DNA from: a virus | Lineage: Duplodnaviria > Caudoviricetes | Length of the DNA: 64,000 nt | Virus record (IMG/VR): IMGVR_UViG_3300008262_000055 | Strand: one strand, 5' to 3' | Shown: piece by piece, positions 28,107 through 36,426 of the stretch | Layout: each line of letters opens with the position of its first letter | Numbering within the stretch: position 1 is the stretch's first letter | Program-made: the position numbers and the translations under genes | The notes under the pieces: generated by a model | What the model was told of the DNA's origin: nothing | Databases searched by the model: none | Seen by the model: only the letters and a program-made list of their open reading frames with translations

Positions 28107-28736
28107 TTAGTGAACTCCTAACACATGCTTGGCATGTTCGAAGTGCTTGATACGATCGTCTAATCCAATAGTACCACCGTTAATACGTTTAGTCAACGTT
28201 AGAATATCACCTTTGTCTGCCCATTGATTGAGATTGTTTTGTTCCCAGAAGAAACAAGCTGACTGGACAGCACCCTCAAAAGTTCCTAGATATTCTGGAA
28301 CATCCTCAACTTTCATGTCTAAGCTGGCAGCAAAAAATGTATAATTGTTTTTGCCAGTTAACTGAATAAGACCGCGACCGCAATAACGCCAGCCATCACC
28401 AGATGCTTCATCGCCGTTGCCCATGCGACTAGCATAAACTCTGTTGGCAATTTTTTCTTGTTTATTAGCATACTCGGCAGCAATAGCATCATCTGGAAAA
28501 TACTTAGGAAATACTTTACGCAGGCTAGGTGCTTTGTAATTTAAATTTTCTTTTAAGAATTTAAATCCACCACTCTCGTGAGCACACTGAGCAATAAATG
28601 CCGCTACACGCTCTTTGGTATTAATTTCATACTCTGGAAGAATTTCACATAAAGCATGATGCCAATTATCCAAGTAAGGATTATTACCGATCATTTCTTT
28701 TAGATGTGCTTTTGTAAATTCAAAATCAAAACTCAT
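28107..28736 (-). CDS. glycoside hydrolase family 19 endolysin
   Basis: FIAQCAHESGG, GRGLIQLTGKNNY, TKRINGG. Confidence 0.9.
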   Translation of the reverse strand: MSFDFEFTKAHLKEMIGNNPYLDNWHHALCEILPEYEINTKERVAAFIAQCAHESGGFKFLKENLNYKAPSLRKVFPKYFPDDAIAAEYANKQEKIANRVYASRMGNGDEASGDGWRYCGRGLIQLTGKNNYTFFAASLDMKVEDVPEYLGTFEGAVQSACFFWEQNNLNQWADKGDILTLTKRINGGTIGLDDRIKHFEHAKHVLGVH

Positions 28737-29476
28737 TATTGCTCCTCCATTTTAATTATCATGGATTTCTTTCCGTCTTCTAGGACGAATTGATCACCAT
28801 ACTTCGTAATATTAAAGTCTCCCAAGACTTTAGTAAGCCACATGACTTCTGCCATGCTTTTAGTATCAATTTTTACTGTTTCAGTGATTTTCACTTGTAA
28901 ATCATCTGCTTGACCAAATTCTACTAGATTAAAAGTAAATCTAGATCCGAAAGGTTTAATAACAGTGATTTTGTTTCCTTCTATAATTAATTCATTTTTA
29001 AATGTCTTAGAAAAGAAACGTTTAATGCTTTCCACCCTAATAGTTTCAACCATCATGTCGTAGGCGTCTGGGGTACCAGGAACTGCTGATTTTAAAGCCT
29101 GTTCATCTAAACTCTGGTATCTATTACCTTTATGGTATTTAAATTTCCATTCGTTGATAGCTGTTAATCTCTTAACGCCATCTATTAATTCGTTAATTTG
29201 ATCGTATAAAGCTGGGGTTCTTTTTAACTCAATAAAAATATGATAAAGACCGTGCTTGTCTTCGCCGGAACTTACATCGGCGTCAAGTACAAACGCATAA
29301 CCTTTTTCAATGAACTCCATCATGTCTTTAGCTGGACCACGTTCTCTAGCTTTGAACGACACTACGCAAACATCTCTATCTTCTCCCATCTTACTTTGGA
29401 AAGAATCAATTTCGATGCTGTCGAAAACCATATCGGCTAGATCGTTAGGTCGAAGACCTTCTTGTAATTGTGTCAT
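28736..29476 (-). CDS. hypothetical protein
   Basis: 246-aa ORF. Confidence 0.75.
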   Translation of the reverse strand: MTQLQEGLRPNDLADMVFDSIEIDSFQSKMGEDRDVCVVSFKARERGPAKDMMEFIEKGYAFVLDADVSSGEDKHGLYHIFIELKRTPALYDQINELIDGVKRLTAINEWKFKYHKGNRYQSLDEQALKSAVPGTPDAYDMMVETIRVESIKRFFSKTFKNELIIEGNKITVIKPFGSRFTFNLVEFGQADDLQVKITETVKIDTKSMAEVMWLTKVLGDFNITKYGDQFVLEDGKKSMIIKMEEQ

Positions 29477-29994
29477 TATTGTGTTGCCCCTTCTACAGGT
29501 TCAGCCTGACTTTGTTGCGATGGAGGTACAGCGGTAATAACACCAGCCATAGGACTTTCTACTTTATTTTTAGTAAGTTTTCTATAACCTTTATCAACAT
29601 CAAACATTAATTTCTTAGGCATACGTATTTCCACAATCCATACAGACTTGTGATCTATCTTACCTTGTTTAGTACCAGGACGAATATCGTCTGGAGTTTT
29701 AATCTTTCTTACTTCAGCCATTTCATCTTGTTCAAAGAATACTCTACAGCCGTAGTCTAGTAATCTCATGCCTCCCTTAGGATTAGGCATTTTCTTTTCT
29801 GGCCACATAAATTTACAACTGATAAAATATCTAGATTCTTTAGGACCTTCTAACAGCTCGCCGTCGATCCAGTTTTCATAAACATAAAGATCTAACTCGT
29901 CAAGCACACGCTCGAAGTCTTTTAGTAATTTTAAGCTGTTGTTTGAACCATAGATATTTTCTATGTTTTGTAGTATTTCGCGGGTATCACGCAT
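29476..29994 (-). CDS. hypothetical protein
   Basis: 172-aa ORF behind ATAAATA. Confidence 0.75.
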   Translation of the reverse strand: MRDTREILQNIENIYGSNNSLKLLKDFERVLDELDLYVYENWIDGELLEGPKESRYFISCKFMWPEKKMPNPKGGMRLLDYGCRVFFEQDEMAEVRKIKTPDDIRPGTKQGKIDHKSVWIVEIRMPKKLMFDVDKGYRKLTKNKVESPMAGVITAVPPSQQSQAEPVEGATQ

Positions 29995-30013
29995 AGCTTT
30001 TAATCTCCAATAG

Positions 30014-30020
30014 TATTTAT
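30014..30020 (-). promoter_or_regulatory. T4-late-like promoter ATAAATA
   Basis: Heads the run containing the lysis genes. Confidence 0.55.
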
Positions 30021-30079
30021 CGCAGAAAAATTATCTTAAGTTATTATTTTTTGACTCAGGTATTAAATACTGATGTGTT

Positions 30080-30114
30080 CGGTCACGGACACAACGGTTG
30101 AAAGGTCCGTGCCG
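30080..30114 (+). promoter_or_regulatory. GC-rich hairpin in phoH leader
   Basis: cggtcacggac/gtccgtgccg stem between TTAAATA (30063-30069) and AGGAGG SD. Confidence 0.45.
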
Positions 30115-30138
30115 CTCACTTAATTAGGAGGCTATCCT

Positions 30139-30879
30139 TTGAGAAAACAAAGAAAATCAGTCAAAAATCTAGCTGTACAAGAGCAAGATAACGTAGTTCA
30201 AATAAATAAATTCCTTCCAAAAAAGAAAAATAGGGTACTGATATATCCTAAAAACCTCAATCAAGAGAATTATCTCTTAAAACTCCAAGAAGAACAGAAA
30301 AACATAGTATTTGCTATTGGGCCTGCGGGAACCGGTAAAACTATGCTAGCCTGCCAGTGGGCAGTAAAGCTGTTTCAAGAGGGAGAGATCGATAAGATCG
30401 TGGTTACTCGTCCAGCTGTAAGCGTGGATGAGCAGCATGGATTCCTACCAGGAACTCTACAGCAAAAGATGGAACCTTGGACACGCCCTATTTTTGACGT
30501 ATTCGAAGAATACTATTATGCTAAAGAAATAGAAAATTTTATCAAAGAGGGGGTGATTGAGATCAGTCCTTTAGCATATATGAGAGGACGTACATTTAAA
30601 AAGAGCTTTATCATTGCCGATGAGATGCAAAACGCAACCCCTAGTCAGATGAAAATGTTGTTGACTAGATTGGGTGACGGCTCTAGGATGGTAGTAACAG
30701 GAGATTTACAACAAGCAGACAGACCAGCATCAAATGGACTTCTTGAATTTTTAAAATTATATAATAATTTTGAAAACCACAAACACGTTGATATTTGCCA
30801 GTTTAGTGTCGAGGATGTAGAACGACACAAAGCGGTTAAAGAAATATTAGCTATCTACGGAGATTATGACGGGAGGTAA
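30139..30879 (+). CDS. phoH: PhoH family ATPase
   Basis: GPAGTGKT, TRPAV, GFLPG, LAYMRGRT, DEMQN, GDLQQAD; TTG start. Confidence 0.95.
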   Translation: MRKQRKSVKNLAVQEQDNVVQINKFLPKKKNRVLIYPKNLNQENYLLKLQEEQKNIVFAIGPAGTGKTMLACQWAVKLFQEGEIDKIVVTRPAVSVDEQHGFLPGTLQQKMEPWTRPIFDVFEEYYYAKEIENFIKEGVIEISPLAYMRGRTFKKSFIIADEMQNATPSQMKMLLTRLGDGSRMVVTGDLQQADRPASNGLLEFLKLYNNFENHKHVDICQFSVEDVERHKAVKEILAIYGDYDGR

Positions 30880-31103
30880 TCGAGTAAAGTAGAACCAATA
30901 ACTTTCTTATAGAACTCCAACATATCGTTAAATGATGCGTTGGAGTTTAACTCGTTTTTAAGGATAGTTTTTTTCTTAAGGTCTAAGATGACCTTAGCAC
31001 GATGTCTGTTTTTGAATTTTAAACTGTTTTTAAACTCGGTAAGTTCATTATATTTTCCATCATCTCTTTGATGATAGGAGACTAACATATATCTGTATTT
31101 CAA
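30864..31103 (-). CDS. hypothetical protein
   Basis: ORF in operon packing. Confidence 0.6.
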   Translation of the reverse strand: MKYRYMLVSYHQRDDGKYNELTEFKNSLKFKNRHRAKVILDLKKKTILKNELNSNASFNDMLEFYKKVIGSTLLDYLPS

Positions 31104-31612
31104 AATTCCACCTGTTCTACTTTGACTCCCGATTTTTCAAGAAACTCAACACCACTAGTATCCCTATAAGAGTTCCGATATAAAACACTGCCAATACCAC
31201 TTTGGAATATAAGTTTGGCACACTCCATACATGGAGCATGGGTAATAAACATAGTAGCACCCACACCGCTGTTGTTAGACTTAGCCAGTTTTGCGATCGC
31301 ATTAGATTCTGCATGTAACACCTCTGGTTTTGTTTTTAATCCATATCTGACATTACGTTCTGCTTCTGAATGCCATTCTTCATAGGGATATTTGATTTCA
31401 ATCTCTTCTGGACTCAACCATCCACCGGCTCCGGGATCAAATACCTTATCCTCGCAGTTGTTATCCCAACCAGCAGGCATACCGTTGTATCCATAACTGA
31501 TAACACTATCGTCTTTGACAATAACAGCACCAACTTGTAATCGCATAGCATGACTAAGTTTTGAACAGCGTTCGGCCCAATCCATATACAGGCTAATAAA
31601 TTTCTGTTTCAT
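31100..31612 (-). CDS. dCMP deaminase
   Basis: GYNGMP, HAESNAI, PCMECAK zinc-deaminase motifs. Confidence 0.92.
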   Translation of the reverse strand: MKQKFISLYMDWAERCSKLSHAMRLQVGAVIVKDDSVISYGYNGMPAGWDNNCEDKVFDPGAGGWLSPEEIEIKYPYEEWHSEAERNVRYGLKTKPEVLHAESNAIAKLAKSNNSGVGATMFITHAPCMECAKLIFQSGIGSVLYRNSYRDTSGVEFLEKSGVKVEQVEF

Positions 31613-32529
31613 AATTTAAGTTTAGCTAATTTAACTAGTGTAGCAGAAAGATTAATTTCAGGATCAGAAATTAATGTATGATCTACCAGTCCTTGCTTGA
31701 TGATCAATATAGCGTTGTCTTGTTTTGCTTCTTCACCAAATATAGCGATATTATCGTAAAGCCAACGGTACACTTCTTCCATTTCTTCTGCTCTTAATTT
31801 ACCGCAGAGCAGTTTACGTGCTTCGTTGAGTTTACCTGCGTTGAAAAGTTCAACCATATCAAATTTCCAGTCAGCGGTACCTTCATCGCCTTTGTTTGGC
31901 GGTAAGAGTTTTCCTTCTTGTACATTTTGTTGAACAAGATTAATACACTTACGTAGATCTGGATATGTTACTTTAACATAATTGTCTAGCGTCTCAAGAT
32001 CGAAATCCACAGCCTCTTCAACAAGAATAGTAGCAACACGAGCGGTAAACTCAGTAAAATCCGTTCGCTCAACGTGAAATCCTTGACATCGTGAATGTAA
32101 AGCAGGGATAATGCGATTAGGGTAGTTACAGGTGAGGATGAAACGAGCAGTTGAATGATACTCCTCCATGACCCCACGTAACGCTGCTTGAGCATTCGGA
32201 CTAAGATAATCAGCTTCATCTAACAGTACCACCTTAAAAGGTCCAAACGGAATCATTTGGACGAAGTTTGTAATTTTGTCTCTAACATCATCGACAGAGT
32301 TTGTGCGACTTGCGTTAATTTCTAGAATATCATAATCTTCGATACCAATTTCGTTGATAAGAATTTTTGCTAACGTCGTCTTACCGATGCCAGCATTACC
32401 GCTTAACAGTAAATGCGGAATGCTTTTATCTTTGATCCAAGTTTCTACTTGTTTCCGTTGATGGGCATCTCTAAAAACATAACCATCTATGCTCTTAGGT
32501 CGATACTTTTCTACCCATAATTCTCTCAT
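31609..32529 (-). CDS. gp44: clamp loader ATPase subunit (RFC small / T4 gp44-like)
   Basis: WVEKYRP, GNAGIGKT, INAS, LDEAD, SRC. Confidence 0.92.
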   Translation of the reverse strand: MRELWVEKYRPKSIDGYVFRDAHQRKQVETWIKDKSIPHLLLSGNAGIGKTTLAKILINEIGIEDYDILEINASRTNSVDDVRDKITNFVQMIPFGPFKVVLLDEADYLSPNAQAALRGVMEEYHSTARFILTCNYPNRIIPALHSRCQGFHVERTDFTEFTARVATILVEEAVDFDLETLDNYVKVTYPDLRKCINLVQQNVQEGKLLPPNKGDEGTADWKFDMVELFNAGKLNEARKLLCGKLRAEEMEEVYRWLYDNIAIFGEEAKQDNAILIIKQGLVDHTLISDPEINLSATLVKLAKLKL

Positions 32530-32729
32530 TTTTTGTCCTTGTTTATTTGATCTAATTCGTGCGGTTCTGCAAATCTAACATTTGGATCTATCATTTTATA
32601 CAACTGAAAAGGTTTCCAGTACTTATGAAGAAGATTGTTTATAACGAGAATAACTGCAAATACAACAATAAACCCGAGTCCTGCTAAAATGCTACTTGCT
32701 AAAAAAATTGCTGCTTGATCCATCGTCAT
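32526..32729 (-). CDS. hypothetical membrane protein
   Basis: Single long TM segment. Confidence 0.65.
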   Translation of the reverse strand: MTMDQAAIFLASSILAGLGFIVVFAVILVINNLLHKYWKPFQLYKMIDPNVRFAEPHELDQINKDKK

Positions 32730-33160
32730 GTTTTTAATCCTTTGTTTATTTCAGCAGCAATTACTCGTTGCCGTAATTCACTGGTTGAGAAATTGTGTTC
32801 TCGTTTATTAAAATAGAACTCAATGCTACGGGCAGTACACTCAAATCTACCTGTAAAGTCTTGATGTTCATACTCTTGTCCTAATATTCTAACATCTATA
32901 GGATAAGAAAGCAAGATGTTTACAAGATCTTGTTCTGTTTCATAGACGAGGATTTCGTCAATATACTTACAGGCTTTGAGTTGTTCGTAGCGTTCAAAAA
33001 CACTTTGGACAGGTTTGTTTTTAATACCAGGACGATCAATAGTAGGGTCAGTTTGTAATCCTACTATCAAGTGATCGCATTGTGTCTTAGCTTCCTTGAG
33101 CATCATAATATGCCCAGCATGGAAGAGATCAAAAGTTGAGCAAGTAAAACCAATTTTCAT
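32726..33160 (-). CDS. tagD: glycerol-3-phosphate cytidylyltransferase-like
   Basis: FDLFHAGH, RYEQL...CKYIDE, FSTSELR. Confidence 0.8.
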   Translation of the reverse strand: MKIGFTCSTFDLFHAGHIMMLKEAKTQCDHLIVGLQTDPTIDRPGIKNKPVQSVFERYEQLKACKYIDEILVYETEQDLVNILLSYPIDVRILGQEYEHQDFTGRFECTARSIEFYFNKREHNFSTSELRQRVIAAEINKGLKT

Positions 33161-33915
33161 TCAGATACCATATTAATTAGGTTCCTGGCACGATATAATC
33201 TATCGCCAGATGTTTTTTCTCCTAATATAATTATAGCATATTTCTTTTGATTTTTCTCAACTATTATTACCAAACAGCGGCCTGCTGGATCAGTATATCC
33301 AGTTTTACTCAAAGTAATATTATCAAAAATTTTTAATAAATGACTATTGGTATTACCCACTGTCATGTATGTGATTTTTTTCTTGTTTTTGATTTCTACT
33401 TTAAAGAATTTTGATGCTGAGGTATTACTGATTTCTGGATGTTCGTGTGTTTTTGAAACTAATATGACCAAATCTTTGGCGGTACTAATATTGTGTCTTC
33501 CTAGACCGCTTGGATCTTCAAAGCCAGTATTGAGCATTCCTAGCGATTTAGCACGTGAGTTCATGACATTTATAAACACTTCTCGCCCGCCGGGGTACGA
33601 ATTTGCCAATGCTTCTGCGGCTTGATTATCACTCTTTATTAGCAATGATTCTAACAAATCTGATCTTGATACTTTTTTATTTCTCCAAATGCCACCTTTA
33701 TAGTCAACAGCTTCGCTCATGGATAACTTTGACTCCACTATAACTAGAGCAGTCATTAATTTTGTAATTGACGCAATGGGGCGTACTTTATCTTCATTAC
33801 TAGAAGATATAGTTTCTTTTTTTGAAATATCTAGGACTAAATGAGAAGGCCGGTCAACAGCATAGACTTTGTTGATCATCAGTACTGATATTGCTATCAG
33901 TAATGAGCGTTTCAT
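33157..33915 (-). CDS. D-alanyl-D-alanine peptidase (S11, PBP7/PbpG-like)
   Basis: Signal peptide; SxxK (SITK), SxN (SDN) and KTG motifs. Confidence 0.88.
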   Translation of the reverse strand: MKRSLLIAISVLMINKVYAVDRPSHLVLDISKKETISSSNEDKVRPIASITKLMTALVIVESKLSMSEAVDYKGGIWRNKKVSRSDLLESLLIKSDNQAAEALANSYPGGREVFINVMNSRAKSLGMLNTGFEDPSGLGRHNISTAKDLVILVSKTHEHPEISNTSASKFFKVEIKNKKKITYMTVGNTNSHLLKIFDNITLSKTGYTDPAGRCLVIIVEKNQKKYAIIILGEKTSGDRLYRARNLINMVSE

Positions 33916-34277
33916 TTAACGAATGGTTTTAGATCCGGGGGTGTCCAACCTAAAGGTTTTAGAACTTTACCATCTTCACGCTTACGCACCTTGCCAGTTT
34001 CTTTGTCGATCTTAGCTAAGTTAGTACGCATGACTTCTTTCCAACCATCCTCTCCGTCGTATCCGCCAGAATGAATGGCACCTATGGTTACTACAATAAA
34101 ATCTAACAAGGCATCTAGCGTTTCTAATCTGTCATTGTTATCAATGGCTACTTTTAGTTCTTTCCATTCTTCTTCCATTAATTTAAGATACAAATTAAAT
34201 TGATCTAAATTAAAATTATCTACTGATTGATCGCAGGCTCGCATAAAACGTTCCTGATCTCTAAATGGATTAGTCAT
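33912..34277 (-). CDS. MazG/HisE-like NTP pyrophosphohydrolase
   Basis: EEWKEL...ETLDALLDF...NLAK...DGKVLKP. Confidence 0.75.
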   Translation of the reverse strand: MTNPFRDQERFMRACDQSVDNFNLDQFNLYLKLMEEEWKELKVAIDNNDRLETLDALLDFIVVTIGAIHSGGYDGEDGWKEVMRTNLAKIDKETGKVRKREDGKVLKPLGWTPPDLKPFVK

Positions 34278-34519
34278 TGTTTCTCCTTGAGGATCCTAAG
34301 TATTTTTTTCTGTTCTTGCTCTTTTAACCAACGGTGCTCTAGTTCACCAAAGTCGGGAGCATCGGCTAATGCTTCTTCTACTATGTATTTGATAAGATAA
34401 AGATCTTTTTTACATTCGAAAGCAGTGAAGCCGTCGTTATAAGCACTAGCACATTCCCTTGATAGAGAACGCAGCTGATTGGCTATATCGGCAGCATCCC
34501 AACTTTTTCTAAAACCCAT
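34274..34519 (-). CDS. hypothetical protein
   Basis: ORF in operon packing. Confidence 0.7.
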   Translation of the reverse strand: MGFRKSWDAADIANQLRSLSRECASAYNDGFTAFECKKDLYLIKYIVEEALADAPDFGELEHRWLKEQEQKKILRILKEKQ

Positions 34520-34878
34520 TAAGAATTTACCAGAGGTATAAAATTATCGTCTGATGTTGGTGGGTCGTTTGAAATAGCTAACATACATTTAATGTCAACT
34601 TTACGTACAGTTTTTATTCCGTCGCCGTCGTCTATCTCCATGCCCCTAGTCCAACGACCGTGTTCGACTAAAACCCATTGACCTTCTTTGACGTCTTTTT
34701 GCTCTGGGCCTATTTTGTATACCTTGCCCCAACGTGGTTTAATACCATGTACCTTACCATCGTCGGATTTTAAAATGATACCGGAACTGGTTTTCTTTTC
34801 TCCAAATTCCATATCAATAATTAAAACGTCGGCATGGATTGCCCTAATTTTTAATTTCTTTGGTTCGTAAGCAGCCAT
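34519..34878 (-). CDS. groS: GroES-like co-chaperonin
   Basis: EKKTSSGIIL mobile loop; G.V..IG...V..G.WVL pattern. Confidence 0.8.
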   Translation of the reverse strand: MAAYEPKKLKIRAIHADVLIIDMEFGEKKTSSGIILKSDDGKVHGIKPRWGKVYKIGPEQKDVKEGQWVLVEHGRWTRGMEIDDGDGIKTVRKVDIKCMLAISNDPPTSDDNFIPLVNS

Positions 34879-34879
34879 T

Positions 34880-35101
34880 TTATTCCTGAGCTTTCTTTTC
34901 CGATTTTACACTCTTAGGATTTTTTTCATAATAATCAGAAACGATATCTTCACGCTTTCTAATAATTTGTCCGCCAGGCCCCAATTCATCCCCGCGAGCA
35001 TTAACTCTAGCATTTCCTACTGCCGGAGTTAGTTCATTTAATAGGGCTAGTTTTTCCATGTCGATCTCTTTGCCCTGCATTGTTCTATAAGTCTTTCCCA
35101 T
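34880..35101 (-). CDS. hypothetical protein
   Basis: Start MGKTYRT with AAGGAG SD. Confidence 0.75.
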   Translation of the reverse strand: MGKTYRTMQGKEIDMEKLALLNELTPAVGNARVNARGDELGPGGQIIRKREDIVSDYYEKNPKSVKSEKKAQE

Positions 35102-35102
35102 T

Positions 35103-35576
35103 TTATTCTCCTTTAAAGAAGTCCGATATAGGTAATCTATATTTAACACTATCTATCTTATGTATACCTATAAGATACAAACAGTAGCTAGAAACGGAAC
35201 TTCCCCTACCTACTCCCCAGACTATGTTATTTTTTCTTAGTGTATCTACAAGATATTTCATAACTTTTAACACATCTAACATATTGTGTTTTTTGTATAG
35301 ATTTAGTTCTTCGACTAATCTATCATAATTTTCTTTTGGACATTGATTTACCAAAAATTCTTCTATATCCATTTCCTTATACTCTTTAGGAATAAACCAT
35401 TTTCGTCCCTGTGGTTCCTCAATCAAAGGAAAAGGATAAGGGAGTTTTTCATCACTTATCCTTTGGATATAATTTTCAATATTTGGATTGTCTGTGTCTA
35501 CAAGGCAGTGCTCCAAAATATTCGGACCGTGCTTTAAGATACCTTGTAATAGATTTTCGTCTGTATTAATCGACAT
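35103..35576 (-). CDS. stand-alone DnaE (Pol III alpha)-like fragment
   Basis: EELNL...GVGRGSSVSSYCLYLIGIHKID resembles DnaE GRGSxxGSLVAY.LGIT.ID; only 157 aa. Confidence 0.65.
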   Translation of the reverse strand: MSINTDENLLQGILKHGPNILEHCLVDTDNPNIENYIQRISDEKLPYPFPLIEEPQGRKWFIPKEYKEMDIEEFLVNQCPKENYDRLVEELNLYKKHNMLDVLKVMKYLVDTLRKNNIVWGVGRGSSVSSYCLYLIGIHKIDSVKYRLPISDFFKGE

Positions 35577-35808
35577 TAATAAGTTGACCCAAGTCTTCGT
35601 TCGTTACGTTGTTGTTCATAGATAATGATTTAGCTTGTCGTTTACGCATTTCATCTCTATATATTGTAACAAATGTTGACAGTTGTGTCAATAGTTCTTG
35701 GCTTCCTAAACGGGATGCTTGATAATGTTTTTTAGTCAATTCTTGTAATTTAGATTCTACTTCTGAATCTTTAAGTTTACTAAGATCGCCTTCAAGCGGA
35801 TGGAACAT
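35566..35808 (-). CDS. hypothetical coiled-coil protein
   Basis: ORF in operon packing. Confidence 0.7.
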   Translation of the reverse strand: MFHPLEGDLSKLKDSEVESKLQELTKKHYQASRLGSQELLTQLSTFVTIYRDEMRKRQAKSLSMNNNVTNEDLGQLINVD

Positions 35809-36398
35809 TATGAAAATTGTCCTAAATAGTTAAGGAAAATAACTCTACCCAAAGAACCTGGATCTTGACTTTTGGCTCTAGTTATTATTTCAATTAAAAT
35901 TGGATTAGATGTGCTGGACACAGCTAACGATGTTGGAAAATTGCTGCTTTTTTTGATAGGATACGCACCGTCTGTAAAAAAAGATACATTATAAGTTCCG
36001 CCATCGGATAATAATTCTACTGTAACTTTGTTTACGTTATCAGTTGAAAATCCTTCAAACTCAAAAGTTACATCATCATCTAGTCGATAAACTTGATAAT
36101 CTGCATTTCCAAAATTTATATCGATTCTATTACTTACACCGGAACCAGTTCCGTAATTATTAAGACTATGTTGATTTTGTTTTAATACCGCATTTGATAA
36201 GACTTTGTTGTTATAGCTATTGTCACGATCAAGTCTAGCAGTATAATTTAGTAATTCATCTATTTCTGTTTTGGCAGTGTTTAACGCAGTCTTGATATAT
36301 GAGAAGTTATCTCTAAAGCCTTGTGTATCATTATCCACACCAGCAACAGGATAGGCCTCGTCAATGGCTGTTGCGTTAATATTACTGTTTGTTGGCAT
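35808..36398 (-). CDS. putative virion structural protein
   Basis: NDTQGFRDNFSYIK N-terminal coil, beta-rich C-terminus, late promoter. Confidence 0.65.
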   Translation of the reverse strand: MPTNSNINATAIDEAYPVAGVDNDTQGFRDNFSYIKTALNTAKTEIDELLNYTARLDRDNSYNNKVLSNAVLKQNQHSLNNYGTGSGVSNRIDINFGNADYQVYRLDDDVTFEFEGFSTDNVNKVTVELLSDGGTYNVSFFTDGAYPIKKSSNFPTSLAVSSTSNPILIEIITRAKSQDPGSLGRVIFLNYLGQFS

Positions 36399-36419
36399 CT
36401 TTTATCTCCACCTTATAGG

Positions 36420-36426
36420 TATTTAT
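36420..36426 (-). promoter_or_regulatory. T4-late-like promoter ATAAATA
   Basis: Upstream of 36398. Confidence 0.5.

Noticed and set aside
35103-35576. Functional DNA polymerase III alpha
   Set aside because: Far too short and lacks the catalytic aspartates.
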